Assembly: GCA_034520565.1 (NCBI GenBank)
Contig: JAXHNL010000002.1
Location: 1,536,001 to 1,600,000 of the forward strand
Direction of reading: 5' to 3'
DNA length: 64,000 nt
Source of the DNA: Halodesulfurarchaeum sp.
GTDB lineage: Archaea; Halobacteriota; Halobacteria; Halobacteriales; Halobacteriaceae
Of this stretch, positions 62,851 to 64,000 are shown one piece after another. Numbering within the stretch: position 1 is the first letter of the stretch; the number at the start of each line of letters is the position of its first letter. A program made the position numbers and the translations under genes. The notes beneath the pieces were generated by a model, which saw only the letters and a program-made list of their open reading frames with translations, was not told the DNA's origin and ran no database searches.

Positions 62851-62925
62851 GCTCCGATAGTGTAGTCCGGCCAATCATATTGCCCTCTCGAGGCAATGAC
62901 CAGGGTTCAAATCCCTGTCGGAGCA
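62851..62925 (+). tRNA. tRNA-Glu (CTC)
   Basis: GCTCCGA-TA-GTGTAGTCCGGCCAATCAT-A-TTGCC-CTCTCGA-GGCAA-TGAC-CAGGG-TTCAAAT-CCCTG-TCGGAGC-A. Confidence 0.97.
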
Positions 62926-63211
62926 TTGCAGCGACCGAGTTTTACGAGGGAGCGAAACGCGTACGAAGGGATTTGAAGTAGAGAAGTGCGAGCGAAGCGA
63001 GCTCTTCGCGTGGTTCAAATCCCTGTCGGAGCATGCGAGACACGAGCGAAGTGAGTGTCTCGATTTTGCGAGCGGTGAAACCGCGAGCATTGCAGCGACC
63101 GAGTTTTACGAGGGAGCGAAACGCGCACGAAGGGATTGAACCCTATCAGTCGCGCGCAGCGAACGGAGTGAGTGAGCACGTCTGATTTCGGTTCAAATCC
63201 CGTCGGAGCAT
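62904..63211. repeat. tRNA-Glu-associated repeat array with three copies of the tRNA 3' end and a duplicated block of about 57 bp
   Basis: GGTTCAAATCCC(T)GTCGGAGCAT at 62904, 63012 and 63190; block 62921-62977 repeated at 63085-63140. Confidence 0.88.
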
Positions 63212-63298
63212 TCCTTATTTCGCTCATTCGGAAGCGGTTCCCGCCACCGGAATCGACTCGAAAACAGTCCCGTAGGCAAAAACGTCAGTTTTCTTAAC

Positions 63299-64000
63299 TC
63301 AGTGCCAGCGTAATAGGATCGGGAGCGTGAGGAGTGCAATCGCAATCTCCGCACCGGCTGCGGTCAGAAACGCGGCGAAAAAACTGACGTTCGAGGCGAC
63401 AGTCCCACCGACGAGAATTCCTGCGAGAAAACCTGCACTCCCGAACACGTTGAACCCGGCCATAGCGGTTCCCCGCTCGGTTGCTGGCGCGATGTCGGTA
63501 ACCAGTGCCATCGTCGCCGGCGACATGAGGGCACCGAGAACGCCCGAGACGGCCATCATGACACCCGCGAGTTTCGGAGTGGGTGACAGTCCCACCCCCA
63601 AAACCCCGAAGCCGTAAAGGACCGATCCGGCGACGACGGGCCCCGTCCGACCGATTCGATCCGACAGGATTCCGAAGGGATACTGGAGGAGGGCAAACGG
63701 AACGAAAAACAGTGCGAGAAAGATGCCGGTCGCCCCCGGACTGAGTCCGAAAACGGTTCGAAAATACAGGGTCCCGACGAGGGCGAAAAATCCGGCGGTG
63801 AACCGATCGATAAACCCGTAGGCATAGGGAACGCTCAATCTCCGCTCGTTGCGGATCGTTTCGATGACTTTTCCGATGGTTTCCCGTCCCGTCGGTGTCG
63901 TCCGATCCGAAAGCCCCACCGAGAGCACCCCCACCCCGAGAAGCAGGCCACTTGCACCGTACAACGGGACGAAGGGGCCGATCTCGTAGAGTTGTCCACC
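63299..64000 (-). CDS. MFS transporter (5' truncated by window edge)
   Basis: GILSDRIGR motif A, ERGTAMAGFN, multiple TM segments. Confidence 0.88.
   Translation of the reverse strand, partial: GGQLYEIGPFVPLYGASGLLLGVGVLSVGLSDRTTPTGRETIGKVIETIRNERRLSVPYAYGFIDRFTAGFFALVGTLYFRTVFGLSPGATGIFLALFFVPFALLQYPFGILSDRIGRTGPVVAGSVLYGFGVLGVGLSPTPKLAGVMMAVSGVLGALMSPATMALVTDIAPATERGTAMAGFNVFGSAGFLAGILVGGTVASNVSFFAAFLTAAGAEIAIALLTLPILLRWH

Noticed and set aside
62904-63211. Possible CRISPR array or prophage attL/attR
   Set aside because: The repeats are tRNA 3' ends, the spacers are long, unequal and partly duplicated, and no cas or integrase gene is in the window.

Overview
High-GC haloarchaeal (Halobacteria) chromosomal window, judged from acidic proteins, haloarchaeal gene families and leaderless-style promoters. 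Most of it is core genome: an Mrp antiporter operon, coaBC, a polyprenyl synthase, nth, proCBA, thrC, trm5, dph5, a DRG GTPase, rpl11-rpl1-rpl10-rpl12, mptE, gatE, fumC, fen, PSH, gar1, srp19, a thermosome subunit, a redox/oxidative-stress cluster and three tRNAs. About 14 genes, several of them housekeeping, carry single-base frameshifts, which most likely reflect uncorrected long-read consensus errors. Main observations: (1) a complete archaeal (Aeropyrum-type) lower mevalonate module (UbiD + aconitase X large/small + UbiX) lies directly beside the haloarchaeal phosphomevalonate decarboxylase mvaD, giving two alternative routes for one step; (2) the AmmeMemoRadiSam radical SAM gene is linked to a class II aldolase and MtnA (DHAP-shunt-like), while AmrA/AmrB lie about 38 kb away; (3) an initiator-type tRNA-Met has a compensatory flip in its 3GC pairs and G37; (4) a stem-loop repeat array downstream of tRNA-Glu repeatedly regenerates the tRNA 3' end; (5) a candidate operator is shared by trxA and a CoA-disulfide reductase gene, which flank an HTH regulator. 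No integrase, transposase or CRISPR array was seen. All family calls come from motif recognition, not database searches.
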